Source: Selaginella moellendorffii
Lineage: Eukaryota; Plantae; Lycopodiophyta
Direction of reading: 5' to 3'
NCBI RefSeq assembly: GCF_000143415.4
Contig: NW_003314263.1
Location: forward strand, 3,040,041-3,104,040
Length of the DNA: 64,000 nucleotides
Part shown: positions 39,193-51,193 of the stretch, one piece after another
How positions within the stretch are numbered: the stretch's first letter is position 1
Layout of the letters: each line of letters begins with the position of its first letter
The notes under the pieces: model-generated
What the model was told of the DNA's origin: nothing
Databases searched by the model: none
What the model saw: the letters and a program-made list of their open reading frames with translations, nothing else
Translations under genes and position numbers: made by a program

Positions 39193-42100
39193 AGCGATGT
39201 TAAAAAACTATATTCCAACATTGAGCCGTTGAGAGTGACTCCAGTTCGCGAAGTGAAGGGGAAGGGGGTCGATTTGGAAACTACCCCAAAGCAGAAAAGG
39301 GTGGTCAAGCTCAAGCCGACGTCCGACTCTCCTGCTCCAAAAAAGAAGCTACTCAGTGATGCCATTGCCTCGGGTTCGAACACTTCACCCACCAAAAAGA
39401 AGAGCCGCAAAGAGTAGAAAGAGCAAGAAGAGGCAGCAAAAATCATCGCAGATAATAGTACTTGTTACTATTCCAACAAAGTATATACAATCGACGTGAG
39501 CCACATCGACATCCAAAGCAAATACAACCACAGGCTAGTATCTGATGAGTGGGTGGAGAAACTGAAGCAGAAGATGCTGGCAAGTCCAATAACACCCGAC
39601 ATCGCAGACGTGATCCCCTACTACCGAACAATGAAGGGCGAGATGAGGTTTCCAGACTTGATCAATAGGAAGGTGTTGGACGATCAGAACATCCGGTTCT
39701 ATGCCATCTCCGGGCAGCATTCTAGCTTGGCGATGCAAGAGATAGTTGTGGATATTATGGTGGGCGAGGAGGTGAAGAAAGTCTTCAAGACAAGAGTTGT
39801 CTGCCTGATAAAAGGCAACTCGCCCCTCCGATCTATCATATACATCTCCCACGCGCAGAATGTCAAGCAAGAAACGTGCTACAAATCGGGTCTGCACAAG
39901 ACATTGGCACGAACACGGAAGCTCTAGGTTCAACTGAAGAAGCCACAAAAACCAAGACAAGGACGTGCACTAGCAACTAGCGCCTGGCAGGTAAGCCTCG
40001 TTGCATGTGGCATAGCATGTGGCCTCACACCATTTCCATTGTAGGAATTCTCGAGTCTTCTCTCGAAAACACTGGGGGTCAATGACACACTCAGCATCCA
40101 TAACATTCTACTCGCGACAAAAGTTGTTTTTGACAAATGGGTAGATGTGCTAAGGAGGTACCATGACGGGGAGTTGCTAAACTCAATGGGTGTGGAGGAC
40201 AGCCGGAAGCCCAATGATTTGAAGCTTAACGCCTTGCATTTCTCGCGGTCTCTAGACGACGACGACCTTCTGACAGTGGCTAATGCTCTTCTACGTGGTG
40301 AGGTAGTCTTCAACAAGACCAAAATGACTCCCGGCCATATTGTGACATACGAGGACTTGTGCACAACTCTGAGAGCTTGTGCGCTATTGAAGGATTGGAT
40401 CTTCGAGCAAGTGGCCGTGGAGAGGGTGAGCATTGACACCACGCAAGAGATGATGGAAGAGCTGGAGTTGTCAAATGAAGACATCGACGAGTACGTGAAG
40501 GGGGCCCCAAAGTTCATCGTTTTGCTGCGGGATGCCACGAAAAGTAAAGCTGAGAAGTTGGATCAGTATCCAAATTTCATTAAGAGGGATGTCGACCGTC
40601 GGCTTCAAAAACAGCTCAACCCCGCAGCAGAGGCCTATCGAGAACCTTACCGGGTATACGTGAATTCAGATGAGGATCAAAGGTGGAGGAGCATCGTTTC
40701 CCGCGGAGATGAGCAGGTCAAGAACATCTTTTGTGTGATGGACTTCACAAACAAGGAGATCACTCATGCAAACGAAGTCAGCTCCATCATTGACTTAATG
40801 GTGGGACTTGCGGAGGTAGAATCTTCAGTCCACTATATGATCTACGACTCCGAATCCTATCACAAGTTCTGGAAGGCCTTGAACGAGGTGAAGACTCGGT
40901 TGAAAGGCAAGGAGATGTGGGAGATCCATGGGATAATGGCTAGGAAGAAGATACCGACGAATGTCCACATCTTCACACTCGCCCTTGTTATTGGTCTTGC
41001 AGCAGTGTGGGACTAGAGTGACTTCCCAGCTTCGTTCAACAAGGCCGATCGAATTGATCTGAGGGAGGTCAATTTACCCATGCCTGAGGAACTGAAGACG
41101 GCTATGGAGCTTTCGAATCCAAAGAAAGCTCCAGGTGCAGCATGGGAAATGCTCAGCTGGGTCTTCAACGCAATAGCGGGTGGGTCACCTGCTTCCGACT
41201 CCAAGGGCAAATGCGTTGTCGAGTACAACTGCGGCGGACTATTCTTTCGAGCCGCACTACTCAAGGGTGTCCCGTGTGTTGCGGTGACAAACTCCATTGA
41301 ATAGGTGACTTCAATGGAGCATATAATTACAGTTGCCAAAGAAAAACAGTATCTTCTCTGCGAACCTGGTGAGTACGCACTTTAAGTTTGAATGTTATCT
41401 CACAAGCTCTGTATGCAGGAGCGTGGCCACCCCCAGATGCTGAAATGGCGTTAACAACTGTTGTTGAAGATACCCATGTTGGGCCGAGCTCACAACCTAC
41501 ACAAGGTAAGGTCACGTGAGGCCTCACGCCATTTTGATTATAGATCGTTGTGAATATTCAGACACGAGGACTGAAAAGCGCATTGGTGGCGCGTCGAAGA
41601 AGGACAAACAGACAAGCAAGAGGAAAAAAGAAGGTATAAATTATATTTGCAATGGCGTGTGGTCTCATGCCATTCCTTGCAGGAGACACTTCTTCAAAGG
41701 GAAGGCACGAGGACGTACAGAAGGCAAAACAGGCAAGCACCAGCCAAGTACAACGGACAAGAGGTACCAATCATTGTTGTTATACGTGAATTCTCATGCC
41801 ATTGCTTCTTGCAGCTCAAATTCCAAAGAGACTAGGGCAAGCAGCGCAAACCTCACGACAAGAACCTGAAGGTTTGATGGCGTGTGGCCCCACGCAATTA
41901 ACTAATGTTCTTGTAGATCACGTCGAGGAAATCGAACGGAACAACGTGCCTCCAGTGGAGGAGGGGGAGGCCTCGAAGAGTGATAAAGAGAGTTCCGAAA
42001 CAAGTGATGCACGATTAGAGGTGAGTAATATTACCATTTGACTTTCTCCTAACGCAGGAGGATTGCTTGACTATGGTCCATGTGAGGGGTAGCAAGCCCA

Positions 42101-42592
42101 TCTTCGTCAAGCCAGAGGCTGTAGTGATGAACCGGACTGCTAGGTCAAGTGAAATCCTCATCATCGATGACTCACCGATTAAAACTGCAGCGAACACGCG
42201 TGCACCCCATCTCTTGCAATATGGAAACTAGGGAGAAGAAACCGTATGTTCTGGGGGACCTTGCAAAACGGCTTGGAGCAATGGTGATAGAGAACCGGCC
42301 AGTCCAGGAGGTGGCTGCAGAAATCAACCAAATGGCAGATGGAACGGTATATTAGAAGTCATTTGATCAGACAGACACCAGTCATCATTTATGGCATGTA
42401 TATTGTCTAGCCAAGCACTATCCGCATCTCCATAATCTGCTCAACTGGATGGGTTCTTCGACCACTGAACATGAGCGTGGACGTATTAGAGAAGAGATGG
42501 CATTACTATTGGGTTTAAATCCTGATAGTGTGGAGAGTGATGAAATTCCAAGATTGTTGTATAGGCGTTGGAGGCAAAAAATAACAATCTGA
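39193..42592 (+). pseudogene. Transposon cargo gene, 5'-truncated and multi-exon: basic linker, ParB/Srx-like domain, helical region, degenerate beta-class amino-methyltransferase-like domain, low-complexity tail
   Basis: Frame continues through several TAG stops and GT-AG introns (39991-40044, 41369-41418, 41506-41543, 41634-41682, 41764-41814, 41872-41917, 42020-42057). Motifs RLVSDEWVEKLK...FYAISGQHSSLA; IFCVMDFT; KKAP...KCVVEYNCGGLFFRAALLKGVPCVAV. Gene structure is well supported; domain identity is by eye. Confidence 0.6.
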
Positions 42593-43045
42593 GATGGCAT
42601 GTATTTATTTAAAAATGTAACTTATTATGGCATGGGGTTCCATGCCATTGTATTAATATTAAAAGACAATTCTTTGAGAGGATTTGCATTATACTAGAAG
42701 TGTTACAGCATGTTATTGGAAGTCTACAAAGTTGTTTTATTAATAAGGGGAAAGTAAAGATTGAATGGGGACTTGGGCTCCACCTAGACTCGGAGCAACT
42801 GAGCCAATATTAAAAGGATGGAAAGAAATTAGACGACGATGACAAGGAGAAGAGAGAGGTGAAGCAGTGGCAGGGGGAGGAGAAGTGATTGAGTAGACAT
42901 TTCTTTGTTTAAAATAAAATGGCATGTGCCTCAATGCAGTTGATTTTTGTTATATTTATATACTATATAAAGGTTTGGAAACCTTATTTTACAAGTGGGA
43001 TAATGACAATTCCCACTTTAACGAAATAGAACTTAGCTTTAAATC

Positions 43046-46000
43046 CCTCAATATTGCTGGATGATAGCTTACTGTGTCTGCCAAACACCCTTGCTATCAT
43101 GCCCTTTGTGTTAGTCTCATTTCGGTCCCAAATGCTATTTATGGAAAGTGTCTAGATTTGCTCATTTGGCATATCTACAGAATGTAGAGATTGTCTTGAA
43201 CACAATGGTGTTCATCCCATGTCCAAATTCACATTCTAGTGCCATTCCATATTTAGTAAGTTTCGAGCTTGTCCTAGAGACAAACTCCTGGTACTAAGGG
43301 AGGCTTGGGGTGAAAGCCCAAAGCATGTGTTCCTCGGGGCGGGGGGGGGGGGAAGCGGGGGCTGTGGGGGTTCCAAATGTATAGTACGGATAATGGGTAA
43401 GTCGGGCATGGCCGACCAATCTGAGGCATAGTCTGGCTCTCGCTTGCATGCCTATCCTTGTTCTGTGTCCGGCTTGGGTGTAAGCCCAAGTTTCATTCCA
43501 TACTAGCTGGTGGAGTACCCATATCCTCACGTTAGGCCACCGATATGCCGAAATAGCACCAAACTCCGTTTGGCTCCATTTTGTATGTTGGTCCTAGCAT
43601 TAGGATGCTGGTTGCTCTAGAATTGTTCCAAGTCACTCCGGGCTCCTGTCCCTTCGCTCCTTGGGCTGTATGCTCAGGAGTTACTCCATGGTCCGGTTCC
43701 TTCATTCCTTGGCTCCATGTTGGGGAGTTTGGCACCGTTCCTTCGTTCAGTGGCCCAAGGCCCTGAAACTCGAGTTCCACACCACTGTCCTTTGGACATG
43801 TGGCATGTGACACATGGCATCTGTCACGTGGCACAAAGAGGGTTTAGGTTCTATTTCGTGGTGTTATCCTATGGTAAATCACCATATGATAAAGAGTAAA
43901 AACCACGTGCGCTACATTTGGTATCAGAGGATGAGTCTCAGTGAGTAGTATTCAATGAGATTGGGTAATTAGTCTCGTTGCATATGCAGAAATGAAAATG
44001 ATGATCCGAGTGGGTACACGTTTGGGTGCTAAGACTTCGCAATTGTTCCTTGGGTATGGATTTGGTTACCTTTTTGTATCGTAATAATGTGAGCTTGCTC
44101 TTGGGCTCATAGGATGGATTTGAGGTGTACCATTTGCATAAGTTTTCGCTTGGGCTCGTAAATGAGGCATATTAGCAATTCAAGGTTGCACTTTGAGTTG
44201 GCAGGATTAATGTTAGCCTATCAATGGTTCAATGAGTTGTTCCATATACCATGGGTAAGAGTGAACCTTCCCTAAGTTTGGTATGAGTGGTAAATAGGCT
44301 AGTCCGTAACTGTTTAGCATGGCACTAGTGGATCCTTCCTAGGCATGATTATAAGTGGATCAATCAAGACTATAGGGATTAATCTTTTGGTTCAAGTAGT
44401 CATTGCCGTGCTCTCTCGTAAACTTTTCTTGGATTGGACTGAAGGCAATGCGAACGCAAGCTTGAGGTTTGATCAAAGATAAGACCGAAAAGAGAGTCCT
44501 CAGGGACGAAAAATCAAACACATAAATCATTTTCTCTTCTTGGAGATATGATTTGCAACGAGGTGTTAACTCATTACTCGTATTCACATCATGCAATCAA
44601 GAATCCCTATCTTGATACATATTGGTTATGATAATCTTGCAAGTGGTGAGTCGTGAGATAGATAGTGGTGAAGCGCTCTACCATTTTGTTTAGACTTGCT
44701 ATTGGAAGACTTAAGTTGCAATGCTCAATTCTTTTCTAGGGAACTTTGCTATTTCTCCTTGAGTAACTTGGTGTTGGATTAGTTTTGAGTTTGGTCAGAA
44801 AGAGAGTAGTATGAGTTTGTCCATGTTGTGAACAAAAGTTAATAGTGTTGGGTGTTGTAAGTCTCTATCAGTAGAGTGTGGCATTCATATTGCATTTTGT
44901 CCAATTGAGTTAGCACTTGATAGTCACATAAGCCTTTATAGTAGTGATATGGGCATTACTCATGGTGTTGCTCAATTGATGATCAAGTCATTGTGATTTT
45001 TATTTCATATCCATATGATAGTGAGCAATATATTTACAAAGTTGTTTGGTTAAACGATGATCAACCCCAAAGTGGTTGATGGTGAAATTAGTTAACTTGC
45101 ACAAAGTAGCATTGTAGTAGTTTTGACTGGATTCTCGATGGTGATCCATTGTGCTAAGCTTAAGTTGGTTCCTTGTTCCTTAAGGGTTTACCCATTAGGT
45201 GTTAGAAAAAGGTTGTAGCATTCATTTGCTATAACTTGTCGGATGATCCATTAGCACTTGGAGTAAATTGTTGGATGGAGAAAATGTGTAGTTGGGGCAT
45301 TGATATCACTAGCATTTGTGTTAGTGGAAGTGGCATTGTTATTTCGAGTGATAAGGAATTTTCCTTAGACCTTGATTTTCCATGCTATTTTTTTTATTAG
45401 TGTTTTGGCTTCACATTGGATCTTGAAGGTGATTGAAAAAGAGTGTTAGTGCAATGTGGATATTCAAAGATGTGGTCTTCGTGATCAAGCCTTCGATGTT
45501 TATTTTGCATTTTACGGATATCAGTGTTGGATATCGGAAATATGGGCATGATATTCAATACTTAAGCAAACTATGGGTCTTGAGAATTTGTGTTGAGGTG
45601 AATCTTTGTGAAGTTGTTAGTAGGAGGAAGTTAGTTAAGTCTTGAAGGTTTGCATTCCTAGATTGAGAGTCATTCTTTCTCTAGGATGGAAAATTTTCCA
45701 CAAATTTTCTTAGACTTTTCCAATGGTTGATCTGTTGATCATTTTGCCCGAAAACCATTTCGCTTTCGTAAGTTAGTATAGACTAGTGAAAGGGTTGGAG
45801 TTGACTTTAGTGGGCTTAGACCTTAGTAAATAGTTTGTATGATGCAGCCCAAAAGGGATACTGATTTTTGGGGCTAAGACAATTGAGTTGGATAGAGTTT
45901 GGAGTTGGTGTAAAAAAGTGGCTATTGTGCTTTTCTAAGAAAGATGACACTTGTGCCTTTCTTCTATAGCATTGTGCTTGGTGGCAGTTTGCACTATGCA

Positions 46001-48472
46001 TTTCGTTATACTCTATGAGAGTAGTGAGCTCTCACTAATCTTAACTTGGTCTTGGTGGCCCTGCACCTTGGCTGAGGATAGTGATGTCCAACTTAGTTGT
46101 TTGAGGTTGAGATGTTGGTACCCGTATTATAGCTTTGGCTAAGAGGAGGTTGTGTACCGATATGAGTCCATCTCATGGTCTTCACTTTAGTTTCGACTGA
46201 ATGTTGATCACATAGTTAGCCTCTTCAAGACATGTTCAGAGCTAGTGGCTAAATGTTTTAGTGAGCTTATTGCGGTTGAGTTGGATTTGAGTGGTCATTT
46301 AGTTTGTGCTTGTCTATGAACTTTTGTCTCGTACTTGGGGTATCATGTTCATGTTGGACAAGTATATAACTTGATGACAAGAGTTGGTGTTTAAGTCTTG
46401 TGAAGGCAAGTTGAGGAGTGATTGTTAGTTGCTTTGCGATTAGTGATTACTTGTAGATTTAGTCGAGGACTATTAACACTTGCTTTGCTCGATGATGATT
46501 TAGCAGTGATGGGCTTGCTTTACCGAATGGTATTGTGGAGGATCGTGTCGTTAGACTTACATGAGTTTTTCATGTTAACATGTTGACTCTACCTCTGTTG
46601 ATATCATTTGGTTACATCTAGTCCATAGTGTTAGATTTCATTGAGTCTTGGACGTGGTGAATCACTCCTTGATGAAGTGTTATCTGTAATTGAGTTTTGC
46701 TGAAGGATTGGTCTCGAATACTAACTGAGGTATCTTCAACTTTGGTTAGCTTAGTTGCTAAAGAGTTTTGAATGGTGATTCACTCTTGCTTTCTTTTAGC
46801 TTTGTTCTAATGTTGATGGCATTGAAGTGATGCCTGTCGTTGACATTATTGATGTTGAGAATCAAGTGAGATGAAATGTTTCTCCTTAGGATTGACATTG
46901 AGTTTCATTAATCTTGATGAAGATAGTGTTGATGCTTTGGCTTTGGCTTTGTGTTATTGGCATTCATGCATTTGCTAGTTAGCAACTGTATTGACATTCA
47001 AATGAACTGAGTGGCAAGTTGAGCTAGTTATGTTTTAGATGAGATTGTCTAGTAAAGGTTGAGCTTTAGCTTTTCCTTGAAAAGTGATTTAGTTATGAAC
47101 TATACTAGCTTTATGAGAGGATGAGTTAGTGATCAATATTGAATATTTGAATCCTTATTGGATTTGAGTTGGAATATATTGATCATTGATGATTTCTTTT
47201 GTGCTTGTTACGATGTGTGTTATGTCTTGCTATAGATGGATTCATGGAGGATTATTTGATAATCACTTGTTGAGCATCGCTTTGTTATACTTAGCTTTTG
47301 GATTGATGCAGAAATACTCTTCATTAGCTTTGGCATTATGAAGTTTGGCTTATGGATGTGTTGAGGAAGATATTGTGGGTTGCACCATAATTTCTTCTTT
47401 AGCATTAAAGTTAGCTTCTATGAAACTCATGATCATTATTAAACAAGACTTGGCTATAGGCTTCTTCGAGCTTTTGGTTCTTTGAGTTTTGTGCTCATTA
47501 TTCCATTTGTTAGAAGTTGTTGGGGAAGGCATTTTAGCTCTTAGCTTCGATATTAAAGTTGGCTTTTGTGTCTAGCAATTGTTGATGACGATTGACTATC
47601 ATCTTAGATAGTTGATTATCCTTGTCGAAGGTTTTTCTTGATTATTGTTAATCTAGAATGATTTGCTATCCTTCGGGATGGTGGATTCCTTCTTAGACGA
47701 TGATTCTGCATATATCTTTTTGATGGGGTGATTGATAATTTTTCATGATGGTTAGTTGTTCTTTTTGATAGCTTATGGTTTTTTGCAATACCATATGTTC
47801 TTTGTGGTTTGCTCTGGATTGGTCTCTTATGTGTGAGACATCAGTAGGATGTCGTTGACACTTGCTAAAAGCAACTTACGTTCCTTCATATTATTGACCG
47901 GGATTTATTCAAATTGGCTTGTGCAATGATTGGCATGACTAAGTGTTTGTTGGTTTTACTACATTCATTTTGTTCTGTTGATTGTTGCTCGAGTTAGTTC
48001 TAATAGATTAGGATGTTATTTCCTTCGGGTGATACATTCGCGAGCATTTTGCTTGCTAATCAATGATACTTTGTGTTCTTTGAGTTAAATTTGGTAAGTT
48101 GTTTAGCATACTATTTACAATCTTCGGTAGTTAAGTTTTCTCATTGAGTTTACTTGATGATATATTTGTTATTGAATTTTGTTAGATGGTGAATCATATG
48201 TTTTCCAATGATAGTGATCTTGGTGGTTCCTATCCTATAATACTGGTTTATTAGATGATAACTTACTTGGAATACTTTTGTGTTCTAATATAAGGTTTAA
48301 TCACTGATACTTAAGTCTCTAAGATATCATTGTCTATGACTTTGATATTGTCCATCTATTGATCTTTGAATTTGAGCCAGTATGGGCAGATTGGCTTCAG
48401 CACTTCGTATGTATGGTGAAATCTCTAGTCATGGGGTAGCTATTGTTGAATGGTCACATCACCTGCCTCTCT
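43046..48472 (+). mobile_element. Family A copy A3: 5'-truncated LTR (to 43916), PBS and uninterrupted internal region, 3'-truncated
   Basis: Colinear with A1 minus its nested inserts; PBS TGGTATCAGAG at 43919. Confidence 0.88.
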
Positions 48473-48475
48473 AAA

Positions 48476-50450
48476 TGTAGTGCACGTGGTTTTTACCCTT
48501 TATCCTATGGTGATTTATTGTAGGATAACACCACGAAACGGAACCTAAACCCTTCATGTGCCACGTGACAGATGCCACATGTCACATGCCACATGTCCAA
48601 AAAACGTGGTGTGGAACCTGAGGTTCAGGGCTTTGGGCCACTGAAAGAAGGAATGGTGCCAAACCCCCAAGCATGGAGCCAAGGAGTGATGGAACCGGAC
48701 CATGGAGTAACTCCCGAGCATACAGCCCAAGGAGCGAAGGGACAGGAGCTCGGAGCGACTTGCAACAGTCCTGGAGTAACCAGCATCCTAATGCCAGGAC
48801 CAGCACACAAAATAGAGTCAAACGGAGTCTGGCGCTATTTCGGCATACTGGTGGTCTAACGTGAGGATATGGGTACTCCACCAGCTAGCATGGAATGGAA
48901 CTTGGGCTTACACCCAAGCTGGACGCAGAACAAGGACAGGCACGCAAGCAGGAGCTAAACTATGCCTCAGGTTGGTCGGCCATACCGACCTACCCACTAT
49001 CCCTACTATACATTGGAACCCCCCACATCCCCCCTCTGAGGAACACATGCTTTGGGCTTTCACCCCAAGCCTCCTTTAGTATCAGGAGTTAGTCTCTGGG
49101 ACAAGCTCGAAACTTACTAAATATGGAATGGCACTAGAATGTGAATTTGGACACGGGGCAAACACCATTGTGTTCAGGACAATCTCTACATTCCGTAGAT
49201 ATGCCAAATGAGCAAATCTAGACACTTTCTATAAATAGCATTTGGGACCGAAATGAGACTAACACAAAGGGCATGATAGTGAGGGTGTTTGGCAGACACA
49301 ATAAGCTATCATCTAGTGATATTGAGGGACTAGTTTCAATATGCGAGGGTTCTTGTCAAGCTAGTGCAAGACAGAGCAAAAGAAAACTAACAAGCCAAGC
49401 TGAGTGTGCTCAGCTAAATAGACACTTAGGAATTCCTTCCTTATGCTCATCCGGCCAAGTACAGATGCAAAGCCCAGTTTACTAACACTTGAACAAGAGG
49501 GGCTGATAAAGGGTCTAGCAATACTGACCTCCAGCCCTCGTGGCAGTAAGGAAAGAGTGTCCGTAAAGATTGGTCAACAAGTAACTTTCGATACTCGAAA
49601 TCACATTCGCGATACTCTTCCCCCCCTAGGGAAGATCGACTTCTTCGTCGATGCATACTCAAGTCTAGAATACCGCCAAGGAAACAACTCCAGAAAAAGT
49701 TCACGGTATTCACACTATGTGAGACATGCATCAACTTAAAAGAGTTATGAGGCAACCTCTTTGTCTAACGCGGATGTGCTACCCACTCAGACACCTTCCG
49801 GGCGTCGCCGACAAGGAAATGACCAACAAAGTTAGCCACCCTTGCTGCTTTGGGTGTCACCCAGCTACAAAAGTGTGATATGCCCCTACCCGTAGGAACA
49901 TAGAGAGAGAAGCCAGAGGCCCCAACCCTCCTAAGCAAAGAAACCAAACCTATCGGTAAGGTTTAGATAGACTATTGTAAATAAGTAGTTAAAGTTGTTT
50001 ACACGGTTACACCCTTTTAACAGAATAAGGAACATCGACAAAGAGGCGGGTGATATGATCATTTGACAGTAGCTACCCCATGACTAGAGATTTCACCATG
50101 CACAAGAAGTGCCAAAGCCAGTCTGCCTATACTGGCCCAAACTCAAAGATCAATATTAAAGTCATAAACAATGATATCTTAGAGATTTAATTATCAGTGA
50201 ATAAAGCTTAGATTAGAACACAAAAGTATTCCAAGTAAGTTATCATCTGATAAACTAGTATTATAATATAGGAACCGCCAAGATCAACATGATTGTAAAA
50301 GATAGGATTCACTATCCAACAAAATTCAATAGTCAACGTATCATCAAGAAAATGCAATGATGAAACTTAACTATTGAAGATGGCAAATAATATGCCAAAC
50401 AACTTACTAAAGATAACTCAAAGAACACAAAGTATCATTAACTGGCAAGC
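48476..50450 (-). mobile_element. Family A copy A4: full LTR (48476-49614), PPT and ~830 bp of 3' internal region
   Basis: Reverse complement of the ~36000-38004 sequence type. Confidence 0.88.
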
Positions 50451-50454
50451 AATT

Positions 50455-51193
50455 GCCCCTTTTCCAGTTGGCTTAAAGGGAGAGAGATAAGGTGTGCTAT
50501 AGTTGGTATCAGAGTAAATGACACGGGTTCGATTCCCATTGATTAGTGGCTACTTAAAAATATAATATACATTTGAGCAAGATATATTCCTACCCCTAAA
50601 TTTGAAATCATACGTATTGGGCTCCTTCCTCTTGTGTGGAGTATCCATGGACAAAGGTATCCACCATGGGACTGTAGTACGGGTGGATGACTAGTTGCCT
50701 CACATGGAAGAGCGGAATAGTGTTGTGAATGTGATTTCGGGTATTGAAGTTACTTATCGACCAATCCTTACGGACACTCTTTCCTTACTGCCACGACGGT
50801 AGGAAGTTGGTATTGCTGGACCCTTTATCAACCCCTCTTGTTCAAGTGTTAGTAAATTGGGCTTAGCATCTGTACTTGGCCGGATGAGCATAAGGAAGGA
50901 ATTCCTAAGTGTCTATTTAGCTGAGCACACTTAGCCCGGCTTGTTAGTTCTCTTTTGCTCTGTCTTGTATTGGCTTGATAAGAACCCTTGCGTATTGAGA
51001 CTAGTCCCTTAATATCGTTGGATGATAGCTTACCGTATTTGCCAAACACCCTCGCTATTATGCCCTTTGTATTAGTCTCATTTCGGTCCCAAATGCTATT
51101 TATAAAAAGCGTCTAGATTTGCTTATTTGGCATATTTATGGAATGTAGATATTGGCCTGAACACAATAGTGTTCTCCCCATGTCCAAATTCAC
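50455..51193 (+). mobile_element. LTR-end-like sequence, Met-type PBS, ~215-bp internal segment and purine tract joined to a partial family A LTR (50721-51193)
   Basis: GTGTGCTATA-GT-TGGTATCAGAG at ~50492-50514; GGAAGAGCGGAATAG then TGTTGTGAATGTG (family A LTR start). Confidence 0.55.

Larger units (their letters stand above)
16542..43034 (-). mobile_element. TIR DNA transposon copy 1 (Sola-like), internally deleted, ~5.1 kb net after removing a 21.4-kb nested LTR insertion
   Basis: TIRs AAGCTCTATTTCGTTAAAGTGGGA (16542-16565) and TCCCACTTTAACGAAATAGAACTT (43011-43034), one mismatch; TSD AGCT at 16538-16541 and 43035-43038; 16542-16645 + 38010 onward is colinear with 60002 onward. Confidence 0.9.
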
